Assembly (NCBI GenBank): GCA_964019425.1
Contig: OZ025789.1
Location: forward strand, 930,001 to 994,000
DNA length: 64,000 bases
From: Flectonema sp. DT1601
Lineage: Eukaryota
Reading direction: 5' to 3'
This document shows, one piece after another, positions 23,268 through 35,064 of the stretch. The position numbers and the translations under genes are program-made. A model generated the notes under the pieces. The model saw nothing but the letters and a program-made list of their open reading frames with translations, was not told the DNA's origin and ran no database searches. Every line of letters begins with the position of its first letter. Positions within the stretch are counted from its first letter, which is position 1.

Positions 23268-23897
23268 CTACGGAGCTAATACTAACTTATTACACCAAAC
23301 AGTACTAGGTAATGGTGCAACTGGTCGACAGAATACAAACATGTCGTGAGGGTCTCTCTTCAGTACAGGAAGTTCTACTGGAGGAGGCTGAATATCATCT
23401 TGAATAGTATAAGTTGGCGATACGACAAGCGTTGATTCGGTGATTGGAGAAGTACTTGAATCGCTGTTGCAAGTATCAGGTGAGTTCTCAACGACAACTA
23501 GTGAAGGCCCGACTACATTTGAGATTGCGACACTGAACTGTAATGATTCAGTTGGTGAAGGAAATATAAATGAGAATATCAATTCATGTTGTCCTGTTTC
23601 TGAAGATTCACCGAACACCATCACCTTATTAGACTTCGAATTATGCGATAATTTAATTATATTGTATCCGTGGTATCTTATTATTTCACGATTGTCTTCT
23701 TCATCTCCCTCCATTACTTTCGGTATTGAATACACTCCAACAGAACATACGAGGCAGTGAACGGTTTTTGAATCTTCTCCTTCAGCGTATCCAGAATAAC
23801 GAATGCTTGTCTCTCCGCATTGTTGGAGAAATCTAGAAATTGGCTCGATACTGCCTGATGAGATGTTAAGGTAATCAGATCCACCTATTGCTTCCAT
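23268..23897 (-). CDS. Hypothetical protein (possible PH-like fold)
   Basis: About 209-aa ORF from ATG at 23897; coding-like composition in AT-rich flanks. No family recognised. Confidence 0.55.
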   Translation of the reverse strand: MEAIGGSDYLNISSGSIEPISRFLQQCGETSIRYSGYAEGEDSKTVHCLVCSVGVYSIPKVMEGDEEDNREIIRYHGYNIIKLSHNSKSNKVMVFGESSETGQHELIFSFIFPSPTESLQFSVAISNVVGPSLVVVENSPDTCNSDSSTSPITESTLVVSPTYTIQDDIQPPPVELPVLKRDPHDMFVFCRPVAPLPSTVWCNKLVLAP

Positions 23898-25251
23898 TTT
23901 TTTTCTTTTTTTTTGTGTTCCCACCCTAGTTCTATGATGTAAGAGAATTTATCAAATTAAAAAAAAATCAAACCCACAACAACAACAACAACAACAACAA
24001 AAAAAAAAAAAAAACCATTCTCATTTTTTTTATTTTTTTTTAATTATTTTCAATTTTTTGGTTATTATTGTTATTCATTATTTGAATTGACTTTCTTAAA
24101 AAAAATAAAAAAATTTTCAAAAAAAAAAAAAAACCGAAACATGCTTGGCCAGTGAATCAAACAACTTATTTTTTGCGATATCATGGCGGACTCGAACTGA
24201 GATAGCTACCCTGGAAAAGGTTTTTTTTAAATAAAGGAACTTGTGGAGTTCGGAACACCAAGCAGAGATTAATATCGCTGAGTGGCCATCGAACAGCACC
24301 TGATCTCTTTAATTTTATTTTATTTTATTTTTTTTTATTTCTAATTCTGATTGAATTTCAAAAAAACGTGTATGAAAGGAAAGAAAACAACAACAACAAC
24401 AACACACAACAAGGGTTAGCTTAATAACTTTTTTTTTTTTTTTTTTTTTTTTTCTTAATTTTTTTTTTTTTTTTTTCTCTCTGTCCGTCCGCCACAAAAC
24501 CACAATATACTACAACGTCATCGGAGAGCCAATTGACCAGGCCAGGCAAAAAAAAAAAAAAACAACAACAACAAAAGGCAGATTTGAGCGACACAATACA
24601 AACAAGGATAGATATAAATTGTTGAAGCTCAATCATAACACGGAAAGATCGGATAGAGATTTAAAAAAAATAAAGCTTCACTATTACACACCATTACCCC
24701 TCTCTCTCCACGAATAGATAAGAAGAACACCTTTAAAAAAATATATATAAATATTGACTATTATTAACATACAGTTGTTAATCTTTATTTTTTTTTTTTT
24801 CAATATTTTTTTTTTTTTTTAAAAAGAGATGGCAAATGCTCTACTACACTCCCACTCAACACAGAAATCAACCCTTAAAAAGGTTTTTAAAACTACCCAG
24901 ATACCTTCACATCTGCAACGGGAAACACACATAATACTTAGAAATGTACGTCTTAAGAAAGACGATTAATTAATTAATCGAAGAGAGGAAATAGCATGGC
25001 GTGAAACTATAAAAAAAAAAGTCACAACAACGATCAGAGTAAACGCTTTCAATGAGTAATTGGGTAACTCAGCGACACCATGATTCCTTCATTTTTCAAA
25101 ACAGGAATTGACCAAACGAAGAAAACAAACGAAATAATAATAATAATTTCATTTTTTTTTTTTTTTCAATAATGTTATATAAATCTAACAATCAAAACAA
25201 GAAAAACCATAATAAACACAACTCAATTAACGATAAACCGCATCAAGGTAG

Positions 25252-28042
25252 TTATATTGAAGGAGGAGGATGCACACATATGTGAGACGCCTTTGAACTT
25301 CTAGACTTTACACATCCATGAATGGAGTGTAAATTGGGACAGTTCTCAACTAGATCATCCAAAGTATATTCGTCTATCAGTAAAGAACCGCAACCAGAGT
25401 TGTTAACGTGAAGCTGTTTTATTTATTTATTTTTTTTTTTTTTTTGTAATTGTTTGTTAGTATTACTCCGTGAAACTTAGTACCCATTAACAGGGTTGGC
25501 TCAACAAGAATAGTGTGGTTGAGGGAATTGAATGTTGACCAAACAGGTAGATATGCAGGGGAGGCCGCTCCTTGTTAGATCGAATTTCATCATTCCTCCC
25601 GATGCTAGAAAGTTCCTCAGTACTGATGATAATCATTGGTGTGAACTGACTAGGTTCCCAACGGGTCATTCAGCTCCAGAGATTACGCATACTCTAGTAG
25701 CAACCATCGATAGTTTTCATTGAAACTTGTTCGAAGAGCGATAAATAAAATCAACTGAGGCATTATTAGTCTGTTCGAACATTAGCGTGGACAATAACCT
25801 TCCAGAGTTGCTCTTTGGTCAGCTGCCTTCAAATAAGAGTCCCACAGGCAGTGGGGGGTTGTTCTTTCAAACTCAAAATATGATTTAAAATGGTTCTTAT
25901 TTCAAACTTCAACTTGGCTAATTGAAGTAGTTACTTTCAACTTTAACACCAAATGGACGACGCTGACCATTCCTTTTATTGATTGGCAGCTACATATATT
26001 AAGGCTAATTACACCTCTTTTTGACTTTAGTGAAATCTGAAGTTTTTTGAGTCAACCAACAGTAAACCATCACAGCTGTTGGGATGGATGACATCATTAC
26101 AAGGTTCTCAACTAATAGATGATTGATGACTTGGGATCAACAATAGGTCGTCGCGGTATGGGTTTGCGATACCTCACAAAACAAGTAAAGAGAGTAAACT
26201 CCGAAGAACAGAAAGAAAAAAAACAACAACAACACATACCACTGACAAGGTCAAATTCCTTATCAACATCAAAGGAGAGATGTGATCTAAAAACAGACTG
26301 AGAGTATGAAGACTTGTGAGATTTGCTATGGAGTGAGCGACAGATTCTCCGATTTTACCAGGCAAGTCCAACACCAAAACCCTTAAGTGAATACAACCAG
26401 TCAACGATGAAGCTAAATCCTCTTCACTCACAGGTATGTCACGAAGAGTTAACTCTTTCAAACCAAACAGATAAAAAGGAATGCTTTGCGCTAGAGAACA
26501 GCAATTTTCAAGTTGTAAGATCTCTATTGTGTCGATAGTCAGAAGGATAGTTTTTACTATGCTAGAAGTAACTAGATAGTCGTTAGTTAAGTTTAAGTAT
26601 CTCAGCATTGGTGGTTGTCTAACCTTCCTTACTATGGATACAAGCATTGATGGTGCTGACAGTGAGATCAAACGACTTGCTAAGACGTCAAGAAGATCTT
26701 GTGTTGTGATGTGAGATGTACCAAACAGTAACACACTACTCAGTGATGGTAATCTATTTAAAATAGAAATCCAGTCTAAGTCCGTCTGTGGTTGGATTGT
26801 GTCCGTATCCCAACAACCACAATCATTAATTTCAAGGTACCTTATCGAGTTACTTTTCAACTCACGCATTATGTCACAGGAGTCGTCTTCTAAGTCTACC
26901 AAAACTAGTTCCCTCAGAGAAGTGCAATAGTCGCAAATCGCTCTGTACGATCCTTTTGGAAAAAAACTCAAACTAGTAAAACAAAGAGTTACCAAATTTT
27001 CAGGAAATGAATAACTTCGAAGAGACTCAACAGTTAGTTTGAATTCTGTTCGTGTTGCGAACATCCTTCTCCCATCTAATCTCAATGTTTTTAAATTCTT
27101 TGGTAAATGCGAAAGCAATGCTGGTGTTGCAGCCTCACCACAAGCAAGCAACAACTCCGACAAAGATTCCAACTTGGGTAAAACATCCAATAATTCCTGA
27201 GTGAAGTCAGTATGAGGATCGCTGTCAATAAGTACCATTGATAGTACTTTGAGAGTTTCTGAACAATTTTTTAAACTTGAAATTAATGTTTCTCCCTCAT
27301 ATCGACTTAAACCAGAAATCCACATGTCGAGGTCTTCCAAACGAGTAATATTAATTTGATCTAACAAAGACCTTCGAATATCACTGTAGCCGTAAACTGA
27401 TAATCGTTTGCATCGATTTCGAAGAGGAGGGATATCCGTATCCGCATCAATTTTAAATTCTTTTAAATTATCTAACTTCGCAATGACATCTGCGGGTACC
27501 ACAGGACCCCATATACATTCTAAGTTAGGAAATTGCGTATCCCAAGGGATGATTTTTAAATCGTTAGTATCAATGTTGTTTGGTAATCCGAGATGCTTCA
27601 GTTGAGGTAAAGATGGAATATTCTCTATGAAACCCTTTACTGATATGTTAACACAGCCACGTAGGTCTAAGTGATACAAGTTTGGAAGATTTTTTAATTG
27701 CGGAAGTGATTCTTCAGTGATCGACGTCCATCTTAAATCCAATTTCTCAACCTTATTCCCAACAATACTCTGCAGAGATTGCACACCTTCTATTCCTTGT
27801 AGATTTAATTCCTTCATTTGTGTTGTTAATTTGCTTGATACGATTTCCTTATTCATTAGTTTTTCAAGTAGTTTTCCCGGAATCGAACTGGCGATATCGC
27901 CAACAGAGACTTTTTTATCGCCAATCCATTCTTTTAACTTGTGTATACAGGCACCCTTTAGACCGAAGAATCCACCTGCCTGGCACTGTCTCTTATAAAA
28001 ATCAAAGGCGGTGGTTCCCAGAAATGTTTCTTGGCAGTCCAT
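25252..28042 (-). CDS. Leucine-rich repeat protein (FBXL/RNI-like repeats); intron 25414-26239
   Basis: Many LxxLxLxxC repeats; ATG at 28042 after acceptor ttatttcatactctag. Donor GTG|GTATGT joined to acceptor aaataaaacag gives in-frame last exon LHVNNSGCG...LVENCPNLHSIHGC...PPPSI*. Confidence 0.8.
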
Positions 28043-28247
28043 GTCCGTACCTAGAGTATGAAATAACAAATTGATAATTCACGCAAAGGTATTCCCTTTC
28101 TCAATAGGATGCATCTGTTTTTTTACTGTTTAAATTGAAGTAAAAAGTACGTTAAAATACAACCGAAGAAACAACATATTGAGAGCAGAATTGCTGCGCT
28201 TGTTCTTGTTTTTTACTTTGGTTTTAATTTTTATTTTTAATAATTGT

Positions 28248-28278
<31 letters not shown>

Positions 28279-29027
28279 CCAATCTTCAAATTCTCTTGAT
28301 AAAACCGAACAAGAGAAAAGAAAAGAGCATAATCGTGCATAATCGCGCATAAGACAATGTTGGGAACTCTTTTTTCCTTTTTTTTTTTTTTTTTGCTCTA
28401 TCTTTTTCCCCACCCCATTTCGCCTACCTGTATCAAATCACAGCTGAAGAAGAATTTTTATGTTCTTTTCCACTGCTGTTTTTTCAGATCACACTAATAA
28501 AGTGGGATACAGCAATTTTTCTAAAGTGAAGGCAAGTATGTATGAACAGGGTTAGAGACTTGTTGGCAGATTATCAAACAAAAAAAGACTGCAATAAAAA
28601 CATAATTACCACCTGTGGTATCAATCTATTCTAGATTTCAACAGTGATATTCCGCAATAAGAGCCAGTGGAGGGTAATGACCCATCACACTTCTCTTGTC
28701 TTCCTCCAACAACGGACGTGATTATAGTTCTTTCCTTTTTCTTTCTTTCTTTCTTTTTTTTTTTTTTTTTTTTTTGATTATTTCTCCTCCTCCTTATGAC
28801 ACTTTGAAAAGTACACTGAGGCGTGCAGTCCTCCGCCTCGCCGTTGAAGCAGTCGCTTCTACGGTAAAAGGAGAAGCGGTGCCCTGCCAGTATGACAACA
28901 CATTTTTGAGCAAGGAACCAGCGCGTGTTTGGGGTCTAATTAACAGTTTCTCTTCTCTTTGTTTCTTTTTTTTTTTTTTTTTTTTTCGTTCTTGATTTTC
29001 TTTCATTAAATAATAACAGAGACGTAG

Positions 29028-30737
29028 CTATGCTGGAGTGAGAGGTGCCTCAGCTGCTGGAGATTGTGGTGCTTCTTGAGAGGCCACAGCCTTCGTAGGA
29101 GTAGTAGAATCAATGTCCATACTGCCTTCCTTCTCTTTAAGAGCAGGGTTAACCCATATTTTATTTCCTTTGTGAAGCACTGAGGCAGCTAGAGGTGCAT
29201 TTACTTTTTTCGCAAGCGCAGCTTCCTGAGCAACCTTTTGATCTTCTGTTAGTAATGAAGGGTTCTGCCACACCATGTTACCAGTGTGAGCAGGAGCTGC
29301 CTTCTTCCCACTCTTGTGTCCACCCTTTACCCCTGCACCTCTTCCTCTACCCGGAGCAACACCAGGTGCAGTGTACCTGTTGGTTGGTTGGTTGGTTATA
29401 ATTAGTTGAAGTTGTTTTACTCTTTACGATTCTCTGAATAATATAAAAGAAAAAGACCGATATAGTGATACAAGAATGTTACTTGCAAGAGCTGGAAGTG
29501 GAGCGAGCAGGTGAAGGTCTCAACCAACTGAGGTCATCGGACGGGCAGGAGGACTCCAGAATGGAAGTAGACGATGGCCCAAACCAACGGACTGAAGGGC
29601 AGGGCTTGACTCTGCTCCAAGGTAAGGTGACAACTTTAGGAGCGTGAGTGGATCCAGGTAAGGATGTTTGGAGACTCTGGAAGCCTGGCACTGGTGCAGG
29701 CAAAATTTGAGGCAGACGCCATCATAATTATATTGGAAATGCAAATAAAAGCAAACGCAAGATAATACATACACCATGTTACCACTTGACCACTGCTTCC
29801 AAGGTGGGATTGATGCTGCTGCAGTTGTTGGTGCGGTCACACCCTTACCTCCTTTGCCACCTTTTCCTGCCAACCACCAAGGGGCTGGTGGCTCTTCAGC
29901 AGTAGCTGGTTTCGGTGTGTTGTAGTGTGAGATGTTTGGTATGTCAGAATCTTCTATTTTATTTAATGTAATTGTGAACTTCGTTTGACTGTCGTCAGTG
30001 AGTGCTGGTTGAGTGAGAAGCGATCTGTCAACAGCTGGGACTACGTTCAGATGAACAGCACCTTCTGGAAGATCAAAACCGGCACCTTTACTATCTGTTA
30101 TAGTGAATCTGGTTGAGGCTGAAGAATCTTGTTTTTTAGTTTTTTTTTCATCCTCTTTGCGACGTCTGCGACGGTCGCGGTCACCTCTACGTTCTCTGTC
30201 ACGATCTCTGTCTTTATCGCGGTCATCTTTTCTTTCCCGACGGCGTTCTTCACGGTCTCGGTCTCGTTTTGTATTATCGCGAGTTGCCCATTGTAATGCG
30301 CTTCTGAAGCTTTTTAAATTTGGTTGTTCTCGGACTTCTCCAGCCAGGTCGTCTGCGGAGACGCCTCCCGAGCGATCGAAGTCTCTTGGTCTGTCTACTT
30401 CCATATCGTCATCAGTTGAGGCTTCTTTCCTCTTTGAGAAGGCGGAGTGAGTTCGAGCTGGATTCCTATCCGCAAGCATCTGCCATAGCCAATCAACAAA
30501 ACGTGGAGCTTCGTCAAATAAAAACACTTTTAGATCTTCTATGACTTGTGGCTTTTGTTTTGCATTACACACAATAACTTTAATATACTCTGGTAGGATG
30601 GACGAGATTGTTTCTACAGATCCAGCATGTGAATATTCATCTTGTAATTTTCTCTTTATCTCTTCCTGAATTTGATTAGCCAGTTCTGAATCAGCCTGCA
30701 ATATCAACGGTGGTCCATCTTCCGTAGGCATAGCCAT
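29028..30737 (-). CDS. PWI-domain RNA-processing protein with R/D-rich and RG/KG-rich regions; intron 29377-29772
   Basis: N-terminal LPEYIKVIVCNAKQKPQVIEDLKVFLFDEAPRFVDWLW resembles the Nab2/ZC3H14/RBM26-type PWI domain. Splicing gives SSGNMV|YTAPGVAPGRGRG, in frame with ORF 29028-29276. Confidence 0.8.
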
Positions 30738-30904
30738 ATATTATAATTATAAATAGGTTTGTCAATTACCCAATTCCTGTGTGCTGGTTGCAGCGCTTGA
30801 GTCCCAGAGTCGAGAAGTCCCAGTGGTCGGCAATTCAATGCGTGTAGCAAAAAAAAAAAAAAAACTTTAAATTTTTGACAACCGTTTTTTTCTTATTTTC
30901 TTCT

Positions 30905-31390
30905 GGCCCGGGCTTTTTTTTTTTTTTTTTTTTTTAAACAGTTGTCACTGGTAATTGGTTTTTTTTTTTTTTTTTTTTAATATCGCCTCGGGTCTTATCA
31001 TATCATCGCCCCACCCCCCAGCCAGCAAAAAAATTTAGGAAAGCCTTGACACATGTTTTGATTTTTTTTTGGCCCGGGCTTTTTTTTTTTTTTTTTTTTA
31101 AACAAGTGTCAATGGTTGGCTTTTTTTTTTTTTTTTTTTTTAATAGCGCCTCGGGTCTTCGCATGTCAGCCTCTCCCACCCCCCAACACCGATTGCCTCA
31201 AAACAAATTGAGGAACTAAAACAAATCAGCAAAGCCTCTGCTGTTGTTTTCACTCGACAGTCTCCGACTAAATAATGCTAAATTTCTTTTGGCCCGGGTT
31301 TTTTTTTTTTTTTTTTTTTTAGCATTTGCCAATACGATTGGCTTTTTTTTTTTTTTTTTTTTTTTAAATGCCTCGGGTCTTTTGCATGTC
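30905..31390. repeat. Three degenerate tandem units: GGCCCGGG-poly(T)-spacer-TTGG-poly(T)-GCCTCGGGTCTT
   Basis: Units start at 30905, 31071 and 31291 with the same motif order. Confidence 0.9.
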
Positions 31391-31893
31391 ATCAAGCCAT
31401 CAAAATCCTACAGCTATTTCCAAACGTCAGTGAAAAAAAACAAAAAAAAAACAAGAAAAAATTTTGTTACTTTATCACGTCTTGTATACCACCACTCTTC
31501 GATTAGGAACAGAAAAGGGAATAAAAGGAAAGCGTCCTCAACATCCATCCACGATAGCAGAGAGGGACTTCTCAACAAGGGTGCGGAAGATTAGGAGGCA
31601 TCCGCTGGAAAATAAAGGGGGGGAGGTACTTAGTGCTATATTACAACAATAAATCACATTGCGATCAAGAACTCAGGACCATCTTTTACTTGCTGTCAAA
31701 AAACAAAAAGCAACAAAACTTATTCAGGAAAAAAAAAAAAGAAAATACTATTTAACGATCGGAATCCAAATCAGAATTTTCTAAATAAAAATTTCACATC
31801 ACAGTCGGTTAGGTCCTTCTGTTTTAATTAATTAATACGCCTCTCACTAGCATTGTCTTGAGTAGAAACAAATCCAGATCTACTCACAAAATG

Positions 31894-32551
31894 TTATTTC
31901 TTTGCATTCTTCGCACTCGCAGTGGCATTCGAATCGGATTCGAATTGTTCTTTAATTGCTTTTACTTTTGCTAGCAGTTGTCTTACCTTTGGATTCTTAT
32001 CAATCACCTCTGCTGCTTTGCTAGGTTCTGTTTTTTTTTATTTTTTGTTTATAAAGAGATACAGATCAACTAAACTAAAGGTGCGGTTCATTAGCAACTT
32101 ACTCAAACATACCTCTTGCGATTGACTGAAAGTGTGAAGCGGTGTCCATGTCTTGGAGATCGTCAATCAGAGATGGGTCTTTTCGAACGTACGGAAGCAT
32201 CGCTTTTATTTCTTCTTCTTTGAATCCAGGAGTACCTCTCAGCCGATTTACAAGTTTTTTATCTTCATAATGAGCATATTGCTTTGAATCTGGAACCGGG
32301 TCTTCCGGTTCGGGTTCGGGTTCTGGTTCATTGACGAGAACAAATCCTGTTTCATCAAGTTTTTTTTGCATTTTTACTTCTTGTTTTGCCGCATGGTGCA
32401 TAACTCTCGCTCTAGCTGCTTCTTTTTTTTCAGCAGCCGTTGGAGGAATGTCTACTAAAACGAAGCCGGTTTCATCTGCACCTCCCGATATTGCTCTTTT
32501 ACTTATGGAGTGCCATAATCTGGTACTTGAGATTCGGAGTCTCGGGTACAT
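31894..32551 (-). CDS. Putative mitochondrial protein with STI1/DP-like C-terminus; intron 32028-32112
   Basis: Arg/Ser-rich presequence-like N-terminus; duplicated DETGFVLV. Spliced C-terminus KDPSLIDDLQD...FQSIAR|EPSKAAEVIDKNPKVRQLLAKV resembles STI1 motifs. Confidence 0.65.
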
Positions 32552-32718
32552 CCAACCTCAACTGTTTAAAAAGAAAAAAAAAAAAGATTTTTAATTTATA
32601 TAATCAGACAAAAAAAATAAAACTAATCAACATTAAACAAACTCCTTGATAAAGGAATAGGACTACTTTTACAATCAGATAATAAACTGAAATAGAGAGA
32701 GAGAGATATAACGCATTC

Positions 32719-34233
32719 TTATTCAAAACATTTCATAGTCCAGATTACTTGCTTGCTAAGAGGGAGTGGTTCTTCGTGCAGAGGGAGGCCTGATGATCGT
32801 CGCAATCGACTTTTTGTTTTAGTTTGATTGAGTTGTCGTATCTGAGGTACAGTAGCGGATATCAATTGCGTTGATGGTTCATAAGAATCGCAATATGATT
32901 TGGGAGATTGCTGTTCTTGATCATCAGTTTCCGTTGGTGTTGATATCGGAAGCCGTACCCTGGAAACTCCATGAGCTATCCATTCAAATCTCCCACATAT
33001 CCAACTCCCCTCACCTCCATAGATCGATTGAAAGTCTTGACAAAACGATCCCAACGCTTGCAATTGAGGTAGCGTTTCAACAGAAGTCGCAACTTGAAAT
33101 TTTTTCAAACAGATCGGACATAATAACGATTTTGAAGAATCGTTAACATCCTCAATACCATCCTCATTCATTAAACAAATAAAAACATAACAATGTTTCA
33201 ACCCAAGTGAATGCAGCAATAAGTGCGCAGCATAACGACATACTCGTTTAGATAACCACATGTACCAAAGATCACCACCACTGGAATATCCATTTTGAGA
33301 AAAGTGTCTCGCAGTAGCAGGCTCATCGTCGTTAGCATCTGACTGTCCTGTCTCTTTTAAGAAACTTGGCATTAATCTTTTACCATATAATGTTCTGGGG
33401 TATCCAAAAAATGAAGGTTCGAGTCTGGCGAATGACAACACAGCAACGCCATTTTCTGATGAACTGCCAACGCAGTGATTGACTGCAGGATCCTTGTAGA
33501 GATCAACGTGAGTGATTCCGATGGTACAAAACGCATCAGCAGGAGCCTTTAACTGAATCCATCTTAAAAGGTCAGGAGCGTACTTCTGAATCCTCCTTCC
33601 CGGTGGATTGTTTTCATTAATCCGAGTACGTATAACAGATTGTGGATATTGAGAGAAGGCTGGGTTTACACTTTGTGGCTGTTGTTGTTATTCTTATTTT
33701 ATTACACGTTTTTACAAATATATCGATGGGAAAAAAACAAAAAAAAAAGAAGAAAAAAAAAAACGGACCTTTTTTTTGACCGGCAACGGCTGTGGATCCA
33801 ACAGTATGACAGGAATTCCATGAAAGAAAGCACCGAGATATCTCCGTAGGATATCAAGCTGTGGAGGAATGATTGAAGGTACTGCTTCTGGAGTAGCGTC
33901 TTGTCTTCCTTTTCGGAAAGAGTTTGTTCGGAGTTGTGTTGCTGGAGAACTGCTGAAGCCGTGGACCCAACATTGTCCCAGAGGCATGATATAGATAATA
34001 TTACGACCGTTTAGGGAGGCACTTTGTGGTCGTTTTTGTTTGAAGTTGGAAACAGTTTGAACTTCACCTGAAGAAGGACCATATGCTCTGAAGAACTCCG
34101 GATCCCAATGAAAGACTCGCTGCTCTTCTATCGGAGCCGTTTCATCGACGGCATCCCAACACATGGCTTCTGCTGCTCCTGCTGGTGCTGGAACTTCATT
34201 CCTCGGCTCCTCCGTCCTACGAGGGAAGCCCAT
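32719..34233 (-). CDS. Archaemetzincin (peptidase M54) homologue lacking the catalytic Glu; intron 33679-33768
   Basis: IYIMPLG, PADAFCTIGITHVDLY, SFAR and HLLLHSLGLKHC...CLMN...LCPICLKK motifs. The intron joins ORFs 33712-34245 and 32719-33441 in frame. Confidence 0.85.
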
Positions 34234-35064
34234 TACCTCAACCACTGTAGATATAAATTAAGAATAAATATAACAAACTGGTTGTTACTACTTATCACAT
34301 CATATAAATGTTCTGTAATAAAAAAATTAAAACTTGTTGAAATCATAAAACAGCTGCCGAACTAATTATCTAAAAGTCGAAAATACAACGTACAGCTACA
34401 ATTAATTTGAGATTTAAAGGGAATGAGGGTGAAAGTGAAACAAAAGAAAATGGTACAAAAACTAAGGCAAAACTAAAACTAAACGAGAGAGAAGAGTCAT
34501 CCACGGCTGAATTTAAAATTTAAAAAAAAAAAAACAGCTGGAACTTTATTCATTGGGAAAGGATGTCACACTGCAGTCAGAATTAATGCAACGCCTACTG
34601 TTTTTTTTTCATAGAGACAGTGAGTGAATTACATAACCCTAACACACGACAATTTACTGAGGCAAAACTGAAACAAAATAAGTGAAGGAGCACCACCCGG
34701 ATCTGCAAGAAAGACTGCATTCATCTGTCAATTTTTTAAAGACAGAGTAGGTCCACTCCAACAGGAGTGACTTATGCCACAGACAGGTGACCAAAGAAAA
34801 GCAGTATCAGCAATAACCAATAACAATCTGATATGAATTACAAGATATTATTATTTCAGTTTTCCCCCACCGACGATACAATTTAATGACTTCAGTCAGC
34901 AGAAAGAAAACCAAAACAAAAAAATGGAAATGAGTACAATGAAAATAAGAAACACAACTGATAACAGCACCCGCCGAGGGAAGCAGAGAGGTATATCGAG
35001 TGAATGCTTGTACACAAAAAAAAAACGGAAATAATAATAAAAAGATTCTACAGTCTAACTACTA

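Noticed and set aside
28327..28352. Short tandem gcataatcg repeat (about 3 units)
   Set aside because: Too small to interpret; likely slippage.
29500..29667. U1 snRNA gene suggested by AUCCUUACCUGG
   Set aside because: No U1-70K loop, U1A loop or clear Sm site follows; kept only as a motif observation.
30905..31390. CRISPR-like repeat-spacer array
   Set aside because: Eukaryotic context, homopolymer-rich irregular units, no cas genes.
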